Source: Terriglobia bacterium (GTDB lineage Bacteria; Acidobacteriota; Terriglobia; Versatilivoradales; Versatilivoraceae). From it: a DNA stretch of 64,000 nt. The notes under the pieces are model-generated. The model was not told the origin of the DNA, did no database searches, and saw nothing but the letters and a program-made list of their open reading frames with translations. Of the stretch, positions 28,165 through 38,465 are shown piece by piece (positions within the stretch are counted from its first letter, which is position 1; every line of letters starts with the position of its first letter). A program made the translations under genes and the position numbers. The DNA is taken from positions 2,373,136 to 2,437,135 of the forward strand of contig OX638355.1 in the NCBI GenBank assembly GCA_951813285.1, in the 5' to 3' direction.

Positions 28165-31100
28165 CTAATCCAGCACCAGCTTCACGCCGGTTTCGAATTG
28201 TCTGTAGTCGGTGAACCGGGTGACGTTTCGAGTGTGGATCCGGGCACTCTGCAGGATGCCGACGGACATGTTGAACTGAGCCCTGATCGGAAGCCAGTGT
28301 TGGTTCTCCCCGATCCGGACCTGGTCGTAGGCGATGCTCACCTCCGAGGTCTTGATGGGGAAATCCTCGGGGAGATCCACCGTCTCCTTGATCAGTTTGA
28401 CCACCTGGTAGGAGTTGACGTCGATCCAGCACAATCCTCGGTAACCCACCCGCAGGGGATTGCCCTGGTAGATCAGTTGAATCGAGGAAGTCTCCTGGGG
28501 AACCCGAAAGGCCACCCGCACCGTCTGATGCCCCGCGAATTCTTCGGCGCCCTCCAGACGGAAAGAGGTTCTGCTCCCGGGAGCGAACACGTTTCGGAGG
28601 GCGGCGGCGTACTCCCCGATGGAATAAGCGCCGTCTTGGCTGACCGACGGCCCTTGCCCCTGGACGGGCTGGTACCTTTCTTCTCCGTTCGAGTACAGGA
28701 GATCCTCCTGGAGCTGGTCCTTTTCCTGCCAACCTCGGAACAGCCGCTCAAATCGGGCTGTCCGGCGGCGACACACGAAATTGGGCAGGTCGTGGGTGTA
28801 GGCATCGATCCTGCGGCGGACGGCTTCCAAAAAATCCGGCCATTCGCTGTCGGTCGGCACCCCGCCGGGCCGGCTGGAGGCGAGAGTTAGCGCTGCGGTG
28901 TCGCTGACGGTAAACTCCTCGGACCCGGTTTCCATCATGAACTCGGGGCGATGGTAGGCAGAGGGGGTCTGGGTGGCCTGCATTTTCCTGGTCTCAGCCT
29001 GTTGGGGATCGAACGGCAATCGAGTGCTCTCGTCGTAGCGGGCTCCTGCAAACCGCGTCTTGCCGATTCTGATGTTGCCGGCAAGGGGAATAAAGAGGTT
29101 GGCCTCCCTTCCTTCGACCAGAGCGGCTCGGGTCAATCTGGCCCCCCGCAGGTCGGCTTTCCTCAGATCGCTGCCGAACAGGACTGCTTCGGACAGGTCG
29201 GCCACCTGCAGATTGGCCCGGCTCAGGCGGGCGTCTTTCAGGACGGCGCCCTGCAGATTGGCGCCCAGCAAGCTGGCGCCCTCCAGGCCGGCTTGGGTCA
29301 GGCTGGCATCAGCCAGCTCGGCCCCGTCCAGTTGTGCGCCGTCCAGCTTGGCCTTGATCAGTTCCGCGCCGGTCAGTTTGGCGCCCCGCAGGTCGGCCCC
29401 TCGCAGATCGGCCTCCCAAAGCTTGGCTTGGGTCAGGTCGGCTCTCAGCAGCACCGCATCCCGGAGGTCGGCCTTCCGCAGGTCCATGCCGCTCAGGTTG
29501 GCTCCAAAGAGATTCTTCCCCTTCAAGTCGTGCGACTGCAGTCGGCTCCCCCGCAAATCGCCGCATTCGCCCCGAAGATCCGGGTTGTACCCGAGCTCTC
29601 CCTGGTCGTTGGCGCAGGCCAGGGTATGGCTGCGAAATCGGTAGGTTTGTAAAGAAGCGGTATGGCCCGAGGAACGTGGAATCTCCAGACTGTCTCTGAT
29701 CTTTTTCAGGTCGAGGCGAACGGCCGGTTCCGGCTCGGACGTATTTTGGGCGCGAGTCTGATCGCCGATGGCCGGTGTCGGCACGACCTCGGGTTCGGCC
29801 GCTGCAGATCCCCGCGTCACCACCAACTCGGTCTCGGAGATGGTGGCACGGCCGCTGGCCGACTCCTCGGTGGTAATCTCGAATCGGTAGTCGCCCGGGC
29901 TCAAGGGTTGGGTGGACAGCTTGAAGCCCACCGCAACCTGTCCCGGCGCCCGCTCTTCCAGGTGGTTCCGGTCCAGCGCGATTGACGGGAAGTCGACGGT
30001 CTCTCCGCTGTCCTTCACTGCCTGGATGTGAGCCGTGAGATTGCCGTCCTGCAGCTTGGAGGCGTTGTAGAGTTTGTAAAACACGGCCAGAGGTCGGGGA
30101 GGGACAATTTTGTTCCTGACCGACGGCTTCACCTGGAACCCACGGTGAAACAGCCAGCGGGTCTCCGGGACCTGCATTCCGGCGACGGCGGGGGAAAAGG
30201 GCTCCAGTTCCTGACTCAGGACCAGGCCGCTGGTCATGAGCACATCCGGGGGAAGGGCCGGAACCCATAGAAGCTGTTCGGCCGTCCCCAATCTGGCGTG
30301 GCGGTCCGCGGCCACCAGCTTGATGCGATACTTGCCCGGCTCCAGCTTGAGAAAACCCTGCACGGCGGATTCCGCCTTCCCGTTTGCCAGCGGGAGGGTC
30401 TGGTCGAAAACCGAAGCCGCCTGCCCGTCGTCAGAGAAGGCAACCCCCATCAGGCGAAGGTCTTTCCCCGGCAACCAGCTCTTTGGGGTATCCCCGTCCG
30501 AATCGTGGGAAACCCTGGCCGAGATCAGGACCAGAGCCCGCTCAGTCTCCTGGTAGAAGAAGTGCGCCTTGAAATCCAAAGCCAGATCGTGCTGTTGCTC
30601 CGATGCCTGCAGTCCCCGGAGCACGGTCCTTTCCAGAGATCCCGCCGTGTCCCGGTCCGACAACAGGGGCACCTCGACGGTTCGGCGCAGAGACCCCAGT
30701 CCGGCGTTGAGGTTCTCGCGTGCCGCAACCTTGACTTGATACCGCCCCGGTGGGACTTTCAGGACGACCTTGGAGGTCAGGCCCGATCGAAGAAGAGCCT
30801 GGTAGCTGCCGTCGCCGAGCTTGAAATCCCAGGCCTTTTCGTCGCCCCCGACGTACTCGTCCTTGGCATCGAAGGCGACTACAGCCAGATTGATTCGATT
30901 GATCCGCTTGCCCTCTTCGATCAGGAAGGGGAGATCCTCAAAGCCCAGGCGGGTCAGGATCTCCAACCGGTAAGTGTCCCCATCCAGGCTGGAGCTGTGG
31001 AAGGACATCTGCAGCGGGATTTCCCTGAGATCGGTGGGCGCCCGCATGGCTTCCAGCATTTCCTTCTTCTTTCGTTCCTCCGGGGACAATCGCTCCTTGG

Positions 31101-32478
31101 GGGCAAAGAAGCCCTTGCGGTGAGTGACTCGGACGCCGGGCCGCAACACTTTCACTCGAAGCCTGTAGTAGCGGCCGTTGGGCTTCTTGGGAGGGGTGGC
31201 GTAGCTCAGGACATAGTAGGAGAACTGCTGATCCACCACCTGTCTCAGACCTGCCACCAAGTCGTTGTTGTCTCTGAAGTAGATTCCTCCCGTAGCCTTG
31301 GCCAAGTACTCCAGGGACATGCCCTTTTGCTTGCGGTCCTCCGAAACCAGCAAGGATTTGTCGAGCCGGAGACCACTGTTATTGGTAAATTCGTCGCTGA
31401 CGTCGTACATCGGGCTGGTTTGCAGCCCGGTGGCCCGGATGGAGTTGAAGATAATGCCGGTCTTCAGCGCCATGTCGACCAGGCGCTCCAGGTCATAGCG
31501 AAGCGCGCGGTGCAGGAAGCCTCCGGAGAGCAGCACCAGAGATTTCTGCGCCTCAACCGGTCCGAGAGAACGGATGTGCGCTCGCAGGACGTCCAGCAAG
31601 CGACGGATGCGGCTCCGTTGTCCGGCTAGGTGCTGGGAAGCCAGGGTCCGCACATAGTTTTCAACGATCTGCTGGGTTGGATCAATGGGACTTCCACCGA
31701 TCCCGGCACCTAGTGTTTGGCCCTGCGGGGCGTCCAGGCCGGCGCCGATCCCGCAGTCTTCGGCTTCGGCCATGGCCACGTCGATGGCCCGGTTTCCCGG
31801 CACGGGCCCAAATACCTCAATCTCTTCCGCCTGAGCATCGGTCAGTGTGACGCATCCGCGCTGGCGCAGCGACTGGGTGAAATCCAGTTTATTGTGGAGT
31901 CGGTCGATCTCTGCCAGCAACAACTCCTTGTCCTGAGTGAAGGGGACGAAATGGCCGCGGGAGGCCGTCATGATGGAGATGTGGTTTTGTTCTTTCAACC
32001 CCCTTTCCACGAATCCGCGAATGGCTTCTACGGTGCGGTTGAGGGTGCCCATCGGGGGATAGGTGAGGTCGTCGATGACCAGGCTCAACAGCCGGGGTTT
32101 GTCGGGGGCCGCCTCCGGGGCCGGTTCCTCCTGGCTGGCCTGGCTGCCCCAGGTCATGGAACTCTGCGGGTTCTGGTAGAATTCCTGGGAGAAAGACTGA
32201 ATGGTCTGCATCTTGCGGTTTTCGAAGACCTCGAAATCGTCCACGGTCAGATCGGTGATGGGGTTGCCGTCCCGGTCGGTGACAATGGTGTTGACCACCA
32301 CCACTTCCACCGGCACCTTGAGGGTGAATCCGGAGGAGGGCTGACCGCGGGCTTTTTCGGTTTTTTCGGGCTTGGCCTCCGCTGTTGCCGGGCTTGGCTC
32401 CAAGGCGGCTGTCAACCAACCGGCAACCATGGTTCCCGCCAGAACGGCGCCAGTGAGAAAGGGCCTTCTGAGAGACAT
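28165..32478 (-). CDS. VWA (Acidobacterial type) protein with pentapeptide repeats
   Basis: VVVNTIVTDRDGNPITDL..DFEVFEN, KSLVLLSGGF, LAKATGG, YYVLSY; A(D/N)LxG pentapeptides; LPNFVC C-terminal domain. Confidence 0.9.
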   Translation of the reverse strand: MSLRRPFLTGAVLAGTMVAGWLTAALEPSPATAEAKPEKTEKARGQPSSGFTLKVPVEVVVVNTIVTDRDGNPITDLTVDDFEVFENRKMQTIQSFSQEFYQNPQSSMTWGSQASQEEPAPEAAPDKPRLLSLVIDDLTYPPMGTLNRTVEAIRGFVERGLKEQNHISIMTASRGHFVPFTQDKELLLAEIDRLHNKLDFTQSLRQRGCVTLTDAQAEEIEVFGPVPGNRAIDVAMAEAEDCGIGAGLDAPQGQTLGAGIGGSPIDPTQQIVENYVRTLASQHLAGQRSRIRRLLDVLRAHIRSLGPVEAQKSLVLLSGGFLHRALRYDLERLVDMALKTGIIFNSIRATGLQTSPMYDVSDEFTNNSGLRLDKSLLVSEDRKQKGMSLEYLAKATGGIYFRDNNDLVAGLRQVVDQQFSYYVLSYATPPKKPNGRYYRLRVKVLRPGVRVTHRKGFFAPKERLSPEERKKKEMLEAMRAPTDLREIPLQMSFHSSSLDGDTYRLEILTRLGFEDLPFLIEEGKRINRINLAVVAFDAKDEYVGGDEKAWDFKLGDGSYQALLRSGLTSKVVLKVPPGRYQVKVAARENLNAGLGSLRRTVEVPLLSDRDTAGSLERTVLRGLQASEQQHDLALDFKAHFFYQETERALVLISARVSHDSDGDTPKSWLPGKDLRLMGVAFSDDGQAASVFDQTLPLANGKAESAVQGFLKLEPGKYRIKLVAADRHARLGTAEQLLWVPALPPDVLMTSGLVLSQELEPFSPAVAGMQVPETRWLFHRGFQVKPSVRNKIVPPRPLAVFYKLYNASKLQDGNLTAHIQAVKDSGETVDFPSIALDRNHLEERAPGQVAVGFKLSTQPLSPGDYRFEITTEESASGRATISETELVVTRGSAAAEPEVVPTPAIGDQTRAQNTSEPEPAVRLDLKKIRDSLEIPRSSGHTASLQTYRFRSHTLACANDQGELGYNPDLRGECGDLRGSRLQSHDLKGKNLFGANLSGMDLRKADLRDAVLLRADLTQAKLWEADLRGADLRGAKLTGAELIKAKLDGAQLDGAELADASLTQAGLEGASLLGANLQGAVLKDARLSRANLQVADLSEAVLFGSDLRKADLRGARLTRAALVEGREANLFIPLAGNIRIGKTRFAGARYDESTRLPFDPQQAETRKMQATQTPSAYHRPEFMMETGSEEFTVSDTAALTLASSRPGGVPTDSEWPDFLEAVRRRIDAYTHDLPNFVCRRRTARFERLFRGWQEKDQLQEDLLYSNGEERYQPVQGQGPSVSQDGAYSIGEYAAALRNVFAPGSRTSFRLEGAEEFAGHQTVRVAFRVPQETSSIQLIYQGNPLRVGYRGLCWIDVNSYQVVKLIKETVDLPEDFPIKTSEVSIAYDQVRIGENQHWLPIRAQFNMSVGILQSARIHTRNVTRFTDYRQFETGVKLVLD

Positions 32479-32710
32479 TGTCGGATCCTGTTTATGGACG
32501 GTTGTAACGGACCGGTAAGAGTAGGCCATTATGGAACGATGGCCCATTGCGGGCAACCTCATTTTGCGCGGCCGTGCGGCTACCTCTGGCTTGACCCTTC
32601 TTCCAGCCCTTTGCTAACATCGCCCGAGGTTGAGCGGAACGGCTGAAACTCAAGCCAGGCAAAGGATTCCGGACACTTCCCGCCTTCAGTGGTGTGCAAT
32701 CATGACCCCG

Positions 32711-32954
32711 AGTCCGCATTTCTCACCGGGGGGCGTGATGATGGCGCAGGAATTTTTCCCTCAGCGCCTGCTCGCGAGCGAAGAGCGTAGCGGTCACTAC
32801 GTTCGAGCGAGCATGTGCACGCTGAGGGGAAAAGGACAAGCCAGGGCACGCCCAGCGCAGCCTGGTTCAGCATGCCCTCAAGACAGCACCCATATAGCCC
32901 TGAAAATCAATATCTTTCCTGATGCGTCCAGCGACTCGGTGAGAAATGCGGGCT
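32711..32954. mobile_element. MITE-like palindromic element upstream of leuS
   Basis: 18-bp TIRs AGTCCGCATTTCTCACCG / CGGTGAGAAATGCGGGCT (1 mismatch), nested internal stems; partial copy at 56508-56564. Confidence 0.75.
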
Positions 32955-35555
32955 AAATACACCCCCGACAGGATCGAAGCCAAGTGGGCCGACCGCTGGG
33001 AACGGGACGGGCTCTATCGGACCGCTCCGGCCAGCGGTCGCCCCAAGAAATACGTGTTGGATTTCTTTCCCTACCCTTCGGGGGACGGGCTCAGCGTGGG
33101 CCACTGCCGGAATTACGTCCCCACCGACGTGTTGAGTCGCTACTACCGCATGCGGGGCGAGAACGTGCTCCATCCCATGGGCTGGGATGCCTTCGGTCTT
33201 CCCGCGGAAAACGCGGCCATCCGTCAGAAGACCAACCCGGCCAAGCTCATCGCCCGCTTTGCCGGCAACTACAAGCGGCAGATGCGGCTGCTGGGCATCT
33301 CCTTCGACTGGAGCCGGGAGATCAACTCCTCCCAGCCCGACTACTACCGTTGGACTCAGTGGGTTTTTCTGCAGCTCTACCATTCCTGGTACGACCCGCG
33401 GCTGCAGAAAGCCTGTCCCATCTCCGGCCTGGAGGAGGAACTGGCGACGCGGGGCAGCGACGGCATTCCCGGAGCCCCGGCCATGACCGCCGAGGCCTGG
33501 AGGCAATTGCCGGTCACCGAGAGAAAGGACTATCTGAGCCACTGTCGGCTGGCCTACCGCGGGGCATCCACGGTGAACTGGGACCCGGTGGAAAAGACGG
33601 TGCTGGCCAACGAAGAGGTGGTGGACGGGCGGGGCTGGCGAAGCGGGGCGCTGGTCGAGAAGAAGCGGCTGATGCAGTGGTTCTTTCGAATCACGGCCTA
33701 CGCCGACAGGTTGCTGGCCGACCTGGACGGCCTGGACTGGCCGGAGAGCATCAAGCTGATGCAGCGCAACTGGATCGGACGCAGCCGGGGGGCCGAAGTC
33801 AGTTTCTCCACCGCGGCCGGGCCATTGAAGGTGTTCACCACCCGCCCCGATACGCTTTGGGGCGCCACCTTCATGGTGCTGGCGCCGGAGCATCCTCTGG
33901 CGCCCGCCCTCACAACCCCCTCCTCGGCTCGAGAGGTCGAGACCTATCTGCGGCAGGTCCAGGGCAAGAGCGATCTGGATCGTACCGCCCAGGGCCGAGC
34001 CAAGTCAGGGGTGTTCCTGGGATCCCATGCCACCAATCCGGTCAACGGTGAAGCGATCCCGATCTGGGTGGCGGATTATGTGCTGATGGGGTATGGAACC
34101 GGCGCTATCATGGCGGTTCCGGCCCACGACCAGAGAGATTTGGAGTTCGCCCGACAGCACGGCTTGGAGATCCGGGTGGTGATCCAACCCGGGGGGCGGG
34201 ATGAACCGCTTCGGTCCGACACCATGGAGGAGGCCTGGACGGGTGAGGGGGTCATGAGCCGGTCCGGCTTCTTCGACGGCACCCCCACCAGCCAGGCCGT
34301 CGACAGGGTCACCGACTGGTTGGAGAAGACCGGTCGGGGCAGGTCCAGCGTCCATTACAAGCTGCGCGACTGGGGGATCAGCCGCCAGCGCTACTGGGGC
34401 ACCCCGATCCCGATCGTTCACACCTCCGAAGGCGAGGCGCCCGTGGCCGCCGCCGATCTTCCTGTGCGGCTTCCGGAGGTTCGCCACTACGAGCCCACCG
34501 GCAGTGGAGAGTCGCCCCTGGCAGCCATTTCCGATTTTGTCCAGGTGTCCCTGCCCGGAGGCATCCGGGGACGCCGTGAGACCGATACCATGGGAACCTT
34601 CGCCTGTTCCTCCTGGTACTTTCTGCGCTTCGTGAGTCCCCGCAATGTCCAGGCCGCCTTCGATCGCAAGGAAGTGGATTACTGGCTGCCGGTAGACGTG
34701 TACGTGGGAGGTGCCGAGCACGCGGTCATGCACCTGCTCTATGCCCGCTTCTGGACCAAGGCGCTCTACGACCTGGGCCACCTGCCCTTTACCGAGCCCT
34801 TCAAATCCCTGCGGAATCAGGGGATGATTTTGGGTCAGGACGGAGAAAAGATGTCGAAGAGCCGGGGCAACGTCATCACACCGGACGAAATGGTGGAGGC
34901 CTGGGGCGCCGACGCCTTGCGTGCCTACGAGATGTTCATCAGCGATTTCGAAATGTCCACGCCCTGGAACACCAACGGTCTCTCCGGAACCTTTCGTTGG
35001 CTGCGCCGTGCCTGGGAGGTGATTTTGCGGCCTCCGCCCGAGGAGTCCTCCTCCTCTAAGACTCGGAAGCCGGACCGGGATCTGCGCCGCTGGACGCACA
35101 AGACCTTGTTCAAGGTTTCGAGCGACATCGAGGGATTTCGTTTCAACACCGTGATCTCGTCACTCATGGAGTTCACCAATGCGCTTCAGGACGCCGTCAG
35201 GCAGCCGGTTGGCCGGGAGGCCTTGGTGGAGGCCACCGATGCGCTGCTCCTGATGGTGGCGCCGATAGCTCCCTTTATGGCAGAGGAGCTCTGGGCCTTG
35301 AAGGGGCGTCCCTACTCGATCCACCAGCAGCCCTGGCCCCGGGCCGATCGCCTCCTGGCGGCCGAGGAGGAAATCACGCTGGTGCTTCAGGTCAACGGCA
35401 AGGTCCGGGGGCGCCTGAACCTTCCGGTCGACTTGACGGAAGCACAGGCTCGGGAGGCGGCCTTGAGCCAGGAGTCGGTGCAGCGCCACTTGAACGGCAA
35501 AACCCCCAAACGGCTGATTTATGTTCCGGGAAAACTGGTCAATATCGTGGTCTGA
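32946..35555 (+). CDS. leuS: Leucine--tRNA ligase
   Basis: FFPYPSG, GWDAFGLPAENAA, QRNWIG, SRQRYWG, KMSKS, QVNGK. Confidence 0.99.
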   Translation: MRAKYTPDRIEAKWADRWERDGLYRTAPASGRPKKYVLDFFPYPSGDGLSVGHCRNYVPTDVLSRYYRMRGENVLHPMGWDAFGLPAENAAIRQKTNPAKLIARFAGNYKRQMRLLGISFDWSREINSSQPDYYRWTQWVFLQLYHSWYDPRLQKACPISGLEEELATRGSDGIPGAPAMTAEAWRQLPVTERKDYLSHCRLAYRGASTVNWDPVEKTVLANEEVVDGRGWRSGALVEKKRLMQWFFRITAYADRLLADLDGLDWPESIKLMQRNWIGRSRGAEVSFSTAAGPLKVFTTRPDTLWGATFMVLAPEHPLAPALTTPSSAREVETYLRQVQGKSDLDRTAQGRAKSGVFLGSHATNPVNGEAIPIWVADYVLMGYGTGAIMAVPAHDQRDLEFARQHGLEIRVVIQPGGRDEPLRSDTMEEAWTGEGVMSRSGFFDGTPTSQAVDRVTDWLEKTGRGRSSVHYKLRDWGISRQRYWGTPIPIVHTSEGEAPVAAADLPVRLPEVRHYEPTGSGESPLAAISDFVQVSLPGGIRGRRETDTMGTFACSSWYFLRFVSPRNVQAAFDRKEVDYWLPVDVYVGGAEHAVMHLLYARFWTKALYDLGHLPFTEPFKSLRNQGMILGQDGEKMSKSRGNVITPDEMVEAWGADALRAYEMFISDFEMSTPWNTNGLSGTFRWLRRAWEVILRPPPEESSSSKTRKPDRDLRRWTHKTLFKVSSDIEGFRFNTVISSLMEFTNALQDAVRQPVGREALVEATDALLLMVAPIAPFMAEELWALKGRPYSIHQQPWPRADRLLAAEEEITLVLQVNGKVRGRLNLPVDLTEAQAREAALSQESVQRHLNGKTPKRLIYVPGKLVNIVV

Positions 35556-35598
35556 GGGACAACGGGCTCGGCAGACATCCGGGCGTGTGCCCGCCAGG

Positions 35599-36111
35599 AT
35601 GGTTCCGGGGCCGGCAGTATGGTTGCTGAGCGGCCTGTTGGCTGCCGGCTGCGGGTACCGCCTGGCCGGGAAAGCCACGGCCATCCCCGAGTCCGTCGAT
35701 TCCATCGCCGTTCCCATTTTCACCAATCGGACGACCAAGTACCGGCTGGAGCAGCGCCTGACCTCGGCAGTGGTGGATGAGCTGACTTCACGCACCCGGT
35801 ACCGTATTTCCTCCGATCCCGCTTCGGCCGCGGCCGTGCTGACCGGCGTTGTCACCGGCTTCACCTCCACGCCGGTGATCTTCTCGGGCAGGGCGGGGTC
35901 CACTTTTCTGGTGACGGTGCGCCTGCGGGTCGAGTTGAAGGACTCCAAGTCCAAGAAGCTTCTTTTCGAGAATCGAAACTATTTCTTCCGGGAAGAGTTC
36001 GAGATCAGTCGGTCCTCCCAGGACTTTTTTCCCGAGGAAGGGCCCGCTCTGGATCGGCTGGCCGAGGCCTTTTCGCGGGACCTGGTGAGTACCATCCTGG
36101 AATCCTTCTGA
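35599..36111 (+). CDS. lptE: LPS assembly lipoprotein LptE family
   Basis: LAAG-CGY lipobox, IAVPIFTNRT; leuS-lptE-holA synteny. Confidence 0.85.
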   Translation: MVPGPAVWLLSGLLAAGCGYRLAGKATAIPESVDSIAVPIFTNRTTKYRLEQRLTSAVVDELTSRTRYRISSDPASAAAVLTGVVTGFTSTPVIFSGRAGSTFLVTVRLRVELKDSKSKKLLFENRNYFFREEFEISRSSQDFFPEEGPALDRLAEAFSRDLVSTILESF

Positions 36112-36116
36112 CCGAC

Positions 36117-37133
36117 ATGTCCTTTTCCCAGTTCCAGGCACACCTCCGCAAAGGAAAGTTCAGTCCGGCTTATTTCATTTTCGGTCCCGACGCCTACCTG
36201 AGAGATGCGGCCAGAAAGGCGCTCATGGACGCCTTGACCAAGGCTTGGGGGGGCGAACCGCCAACTTCGAGTGTCGATCTGGACCAGACCCGGTTGGATG
36301 AGCTGCTGGCCTCGGCCGCGACCCCCTCGCTGTTTGCGCCCAGGCAGGTCATGCATATCCGGGGAGTCATGAAGCTGCGAGACCGGCAAGTCAGGGAACT
36401 GGCCGACTACCTGGGCCGTCCCAGCCCGGCTACCGTCCTGGTGTTCCTGGCGGGGGAACTGGGCCGCGACCACCGCAGGAAAAAGATTTTCAAGACGCTG
36501 CAGGCAGGCAGTCGGATGGTCGACCTTGCCCTCCTGAATGAGGCTCAGACCCGAAGCTGGATCACCAAGGCTCTGGGCAAGCGGGGCTTCAGCATCCAGG
36601 AGGAGGCGGTGGAGTGCCTGGTAGAACTCCAGGGAACCGATTTGGGCCGGGTGCATCTGGAGGTAGAGAAGCTGGCCCTGCTTGCCGGGGATGGGAAGAC
36701 CGTCACTCTGGAAATGGTTCAGGAGTCGGCCGGATATTGCCGAGACCACACCGTTTTCGACTTTCTGGACGCGGTTTTGGCCCAGGATCGCCGCCAAGCC
36801 TTGCGGCTGTGCTGCGAATTGTCGGCTCAGCCGGCCGAAATGCTGTCAATGGTCACGCTGCTGGGGCGGCGGCTGCGCAGCCTGCTTCAAATCCAGGAGA
36901 TCCCGCCAACCACGGGCCTGGGGGAAATGGCCCGTCAGGTCGGGGCCAATCCCTACTTCCTGAAACGGCTGCTGGGCCCTGCCAAACGTTTCCGCCGCCA
37001 AGCCCTGCTCACGGCCATAGACCGATTGGCTTCCATCGACGACGGGATCAAACGGTCCAGCCCCGACAGCCGCCTCTGCCTGGAACGCCTGGTTGCAGAT
37101 CTGAGCGCCGGCGCCGGTAGCGCCCGGCGTTAG
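36117..37133 (+). CDS. holA: DNA polymerase III delta subunit
   Basis: YFIFGPDAYL, PSLFA, EVEKL, VFDFLDA; synteny. Confidence 0.92.
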   Translation: MSFSQFQAHLRKGKFSPAYFIFGPDAYLRDAARKALMDALTKAWGGEPPTSSVDLDQTRLDELLASAATPSLFAPRQVMHIRGVMKLRDRQVRELADYLGRPSPATVLVFLAGELGRDHRRKKIFKTLQAGSRMVDLALLNEAQTRSWITKALGKRGFSIQEEAVECLVELQGTDLGRVHLEVEKLALLAGDGKTVTLEMVQESAGYCRDHTVFDFLDAVLAQDRRQALRLCCELSAQPAEMLSMVTLLGRRLRSLLQIQEIPPTTGLGEMARQVGANPYFLKRLLGPAKRFRRQALLTAIDRLASIDDGIKRSSPDSRLCLERLVADLSAGAGSARR

Positions 37134-37260
37134 TGGGTTCAGAGGGTTTTGCGGTATTCCCTCACGAATCCCACGAAGAGCGTTCGGTGCAACTCTTCGT
37201 CCGCCACCAGCCGGATGGACAGTTCCCGGGTGACGTAGTCCAGGCCTTCACAGAGGCGGA

Positions 37261-37662
37261 TCACGCGGTTTCCCGGTCGGACCGATCGGTTCTGCGGAAG
37301 ATCTCCTCGGCGGATTGCAGTCCTTCCCAGGCGGAGGGGAAGCCCGCATAGAAGGCCATTTGCAACATGGTCTCCCGGATCTCCTCTCGGGTGGCGCCGT
37401 TGCCCAGGGCCATCTCCACGTTGAGCTCCAGCGCCCGGGTTCTCCCCAGGGCAGTCAGGCCTGCGATGGTGACCAGGCTCCGAGTGCGCCGGTCGAGCTT
37501 GGACCGTGTCCAGACCTCGCCGGCCAGCACTCCCAATACGAATTGCTGGAAGTCGGGAGAAATTTCCCCCCACACGTCCCGCAGCTGGCGGGCTCTGTCT
37601 GCGCCGGCCATTTCCACGAACTGCTCGAACCCTCGCTGCACCCTGTCTTGAGTCGGTTCCAT
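37261..37662 (-). CDS. Carboxymuconolactone decarboxylase family protein
   Basis: GEVWTR..LDRRTRSLVTIA.L.ALG, ALGNGATREEI, YAGFP. Confidence 0.9.
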   Translation of the reverse strand: MEPTQDRVQRGFEQFVEMAGADRARQLRDVWGEISPDFQQFVLGVLAGEVWTRSKLDRRTRSLVTIAGLTALGRTRALELNVEMALGNGATREEIRETMLQMAFYAGFPSAWEGLQSAEEIFRRTDRSDRETA

Positions 37663-38061
37663 AATGAAAATCCTCCCGCGTCGGTTTTCGAGATTCCTAG
37701 GCGTTTCCGGTTTCCAAAAGCCCTGATCCTTATCGCGGCAATCGGAAGTCTTCACGTAGTTTGGCTACATCGATACTTTCCCAGCACTTCTGTGTCAAGA
37801 AGTCAACAAACACACTTACGCGGTAAAGCTGGCTAGGCAATGGATCACGATCAGTCACTATGTACCCCACAAAATTACAGGGACGCACAAGGCGTCCCTG
37901 GGGTCATAATAAACCGGACACTCGTTTTGCCCTTTTCGGGAGATGGTCCGGCGGATCTTATAAGCGCAATTAAGTCATAAGGGACGTTACTTGGCAACTT
38001 GTTTTTGGCTTCCTGCTCAGCGACCCTTCAGTTGCCACAAGAAGGGCCATGAGATAAGAGC

Positions 38062-38350
38062 GAGCCTTTTGCAAAATTCGGAGTCGGGCGATCTTTATCC
38101 AGATCGAGGGTTGTTCCTTCCGAGTCCGTCAAGGAACAGGTGTCACTGAACCCTTTTGCCGTCTGAAGCTCAATGGCCACAAAAGGCACAAAAAACACAA
38201 AAGGAACCATCCGATCGGCAAGACTCGAAACAAGAAACAAGAGACTCGTTTTGTGACTCTTGTGCTTTTTGTGGTGAATGCCGGAGTCCGCAGCACACCA
38301 CCTTTTGCCGCTTCAATGTCATTCCCGATTGCGAATTTTGCAAAGGGATC
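38062..38350. mobile_element. 289-bp MITE sharing TIRs with the IS at 8959-10445
   Basis: GAGCCTTTTGCAAAATTCG (38062-38080) / CGAATTTTGCAAAGGGATC (38332-38350), 4-bp direct repeat GAGC. Confidence 0.85.
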
Positions 38351-38465
38351 GAGCTCTAGTTAATTACCCCTTTGACTGTTGCGGAGGTAAAGCAGTGACT
38401 ATTTCTGAGAAAGAAGAACAGCTATTCAAGAAGTGGGAAAAAAACCGAAAGAACCGAAGACCCTT

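Noticed and set aside
32640..32945. T-box riboswitch before leuS
   Set aside because: No T-box consensus (GGTGG.ACCGCG); the region is a TIR-bounded repeat also present before an unrelated gene
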